Program-made: the position numbers and the translations under genes | In this document: positions 61,718 to 64,000 of the stretch, piece after piece | Position numbering within the stretch: the first letter of the stretch is position 1 | How the letters are laid out: each line of letters opens with the position of its first letter | Notes under the pieces: model-generated | Databases searched by the model: none | What the model was told of the DNA's origin: nothing | What the model saw: the letters and a program-made list of their open reading frames with translations, nothing else | From: Nitrospirota bacterium | GTDB lineage: Bacteria > Nitrospirota > UBA9217 | Assembly: GCA_963751455.1 (NCBI GenBank) | Contig: CAVVUN010000001.1 | Span: forward strand, 384,001-448,000 | Length of the DNA stretch: 64,000 nt | Reading direction: 5' to 3'

Positions 61718-61825
61718 TGCTTTGTGACCTCCTCGAATTAATCCTGATGCACGATGCAGGATCCACGATACACAATAGAAAACCAGCTTCTGTTCTGCAT
61801 CCTGTATACTGAATCTTTTTACGCG

Positions 61826-62029
61826 TTAGGCGTACGGAAGCATCGCTTTTACATTTTTCAGATTGTCCTTGTGCACTTCCAGCGACCCGGTCAGGCGTCT
61901 CTTGCGGGTCGAGTTTTTGCCCGACAGCAGGTGCCCCTTCCAGCCCTTACGTCTCATGATCTTTCCCGAACCGGTGACCTTCAATCTTTTTGCGGCGCTG
62001 CGGTTTGTCTTTAATTTCATCTTTGCCAT
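61826..62029 (-). CDS. rpmI: 50S ribosomal protein L35
   Basis: KLKTNRSAAKRLKVTGSGKI...HLL..K...RKRRL. Confidence 0.97.
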   Translation of the reverse strand: MAKMKLKTNRSAAKRLKVTGSGKIMRRKGWKGHLLSGKNSTRKRRLTGSLEVHKDNLKNVKAMLPYA

Positions 62030-62169
62030 TTCATTTCCCCTTCTTGCACCCGGTCTAAGTATTACGCATGCGCTAGTGTAGCGCCTGCATCTTTATGTTA
62101 TATCGAATAGTCAATATGTTTACAGCGGAGGTTTTTCCTCTCCGCGGAATTCACTCACGTGATGCGGTA

Positions 62170-62691
62170 TTACGGTTTACTCGCTTTGGGTCCGAGCAGC
62201 AGGGTCATGTTCTTCCCCTCCATACGGGGCGGCTGCTCCACAACGGCGTCGTTTTGAAGCTCGGCAACGATGCGATCCAGTACGGCCCTTCCCATCGAGG
62301 TATGCGCCATTTCTCTTCCCCTGAACATGACACTGACTTTGACCTTGTTCCCGTCTTCAAGGAAGCGCTTGGTGTTGTTCAGTTTGAACTGGACATCATG
62401 TTCATCAGTTCGGGGCCTCAGCTTGATTTCCTTCACAATGATGACCGTCTGGTTCTTTCTGGACTCGTGCGCTTTTTTGGCAAGCTCATATTTGTACTTG
62501 CCGAAATCCATGATGCGGCAAACCGGCGGTTTGGCCGTCGGCGCCACTTCAACGAGGTCAAGACCAGCCTCCTCGGCCCTTTTAATCGCTTCCCGGGTGT
62601 CGAGAATGCCGAGCTGCTCACCGTCTGCGCTGATCACACGGACTTCCTTTACCTTGATCATGTAATTGATTCTTGTTGTAATTTTACTGAT
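62170..62691 (-). CDS. infC: Translation initiation factor IF-3; probable ATC start
   Basis: LDLVEVAP..KPPVCRIMDFGK, FRGRE; conserved RIN lies upstream of ATG 62661; SD GGGGGTG 7 nt before ATC 62691; in-frame stop just upstream. Confidence 0.95.
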   Translation of the reverse strand: MSKITTRINYMIKVKEVRVISADGEQLGILDTREAIKRAEEAGLDLVEVAPTAKPPVCRIMDFGKYKYELAKKAHESRKNQTVIIVKEIKLRPRTDEHDVQFKLNNTKRFLEDGNKVKVSVMFRGREMAHTSMGRAVLDRIVAELQNDAVVEQPPRMEGKNMTLLLGPKASKP

Positions 62692-62705
62692 AAATAATCA
62701 CCCCC

Positions 62706-64000
62706 TTAGATTTCTATTGCTATGCTTTTATCTTTAATTTTTTTGAGAATTTTATCGATGAAATCCTGAAGCGGCATTACACCGAGATCTTTTCCGCCGC
62801 GTTCCCTCACCGCAACCCCGTTCTGCTCCACTTCCTTGTCACCGGCTACCAGTATATAGGGCACCTTTTCGAGCGCTGCCTCACGGATTTTGAACCCTAT
62901 TTTTTCCGACCGGGTGTCGAGTTCCGCCCGTAAACCTGCGGCTAGCAGTTTATCGCGGACGCCTTTCGCATATTCAAACTGCTTATCGCTGATCGACATC
63001 ACCTTTGCCTGGACCGGCGCGAGCCAGACCGGAAACGCACCTGCGTAATGCTCGATCAGCATGCCGAAGAACCGCTCGATCGAACCGAGCAGCGCCCGGT
63101 GGATCATGTACGGACGGTGGGCCTGGTTGTCGACACCGATGAATGACATATCGAACCGTTCGGACATATTGAAGTCGAACTGTACCGTCGAACACTGCCA
63201 GAGACGTCCAAGAGCGTCCTTGATCTTGATGTCGATTTTAGGACCGTAGAATGCGCCCCCGCCTTCGTCTATCTCGTATCCAAGACTAACTTTATCGGCA
63301 GCGACTTTAAGGGCCTGCGTTGCCTGTTCCCACACAGCATTATCGCCCACGGACTTTTCCGGCCGCGTCGCGATGTATGCTTTGAAATCCTCGAACCCGA
63401 AGGTGCGGAGCATTTTTACTACAAAGTCTATCACCCGGATGACCTCTGTTTCCATCTCCTCGGGCGCCACGAAAATATGCGCGTCGTCCTGCGTGAATCC
63501 GCGCACCCGCAAAAGACCGTGCAGCACGCCCGAACGCTCGAACCGGTAGACTGTCCCCAGTTCCGCAAATCTCATCGGCAAATCCCGGTACGACCGAAGC
63601 TTGTTCTTATAAATCATGATATGAAACGGGCAGTTCATCGGCTTTACGTAATACTCCTGCCCTTCCACATCCATAGACGAATACATGTTCTCGCGGTAAA
63701 AGCCGAGATGGCCGGACGTTTCCCACAGGTTTGCGCGTCCCACGTGCGGGGAATACACGAAATCATATCCGTTCTTCTGATGCTCGTCTCGCCAGAAGTC
63801 CTCTATCGTCTTCCGTATCAATGCCCCGCGCGGATGCCACAATACCAGGCCGCCGCCCACTTCGTCGGAAACCGAGAAGAGATCCAGGTCCTTGCCGAGT
63901 TTGCGATGGTCACGCCGCTTGATCTCTTCCAGACGGGTAATGTACGCGTCGAGAGCGTCCTTGGCCGGAAAAGAAACGCCGTAAATCCGCTGCAGCATCT
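62706..64000 (-). CDS. thrS: Threonyl-tRNA synthetase (5' end outside window)
   Basis: [45 protein letters not shown]. Confidence 0.98.
   Translation of the reverse strand, partial: MLQRIYGVSFPAKDALDAYITRLEEIKRRDHRKLGKDLDLFSVSDEVGGGLVLWHPRGALIRKTIEDFWRDEHQKNGYDFVYSPHVGRANLWETSGHLGFYRENMYSSMDVEGQEYYVKPMNCPFHIMIYKNKLRSYRDLPMRFAELGTVYRFERSGVLHGLLRVRGFTQDDAHIFVAPEEMETEVIRVIDFVVKMLRTFGFEDFKAYIATRPEKSVGDNAVWEQATQALKVAADKVSLGYEIDEGGGAFYGPKIDIKIKDALGRLWQCSTVQFDFNMSERFDMSFIGVDNQAHRPYMIHRALLGSIERFFGMLIEHYAGAFPVWLAPVQAKVMSISDKQFEYAKGVRDKLLAAGLRAELDTRSEKIGFKIREAALEKVPYILVAGDKEVEQNGVAVRERGGKDLGVMPLQDFIDKILKKIKDKSIAIEI

Overview
Bacterial chromosomal window of about 52% GC (visual estimate). Gene content suggests an anaerobe of Nitrospirota/Desulfobacterota type, which is an inference. 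In order: (1) a respiratory operon of cytochrome b, two multiheme cytochromes c and an NrfC/NrfD-like pair; (2) an accessory island (~5.2-16.6 kb) between the convergent nrfD-like and Nramp genes, holding displaced allelic copies of both flanking 3' ends, TA modules, an IS3, a truncated Y1/RAYT transposase, an integrase-less cluster of attC-like sites with two ORF-less structured-RNA-like units, and an unannotated 50-codon gene with an in-frame TGA plus SECIS-like hairpin (candidate selenoprotein); (3) Mg-transport genes and a general-stress cluster (GH57, debranching enzyme, TreZ, Ku/LigD, hemerythrin, BON); (4) hflX and an operon-like run of TonB receptor, unannotated 30-aa Cys/Trp peptide, radical SAM/SPASM maturase, periplasmic binding protein, hybrid kinase and two response regulators (candidate RiPP signalling circuit); (5) pmbA, queD, two genes carrying three Hfq-like domains, lnt, prfB with programmed frameshift; (6) an AT-rich lipoprotein islet, amidase, and thrS-infC-rpmI-rplT. 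Several genes carry single-base (+1) breaks that are most likely sequencing errors. All family assignments come from motif recognition by eye; no searches were run.
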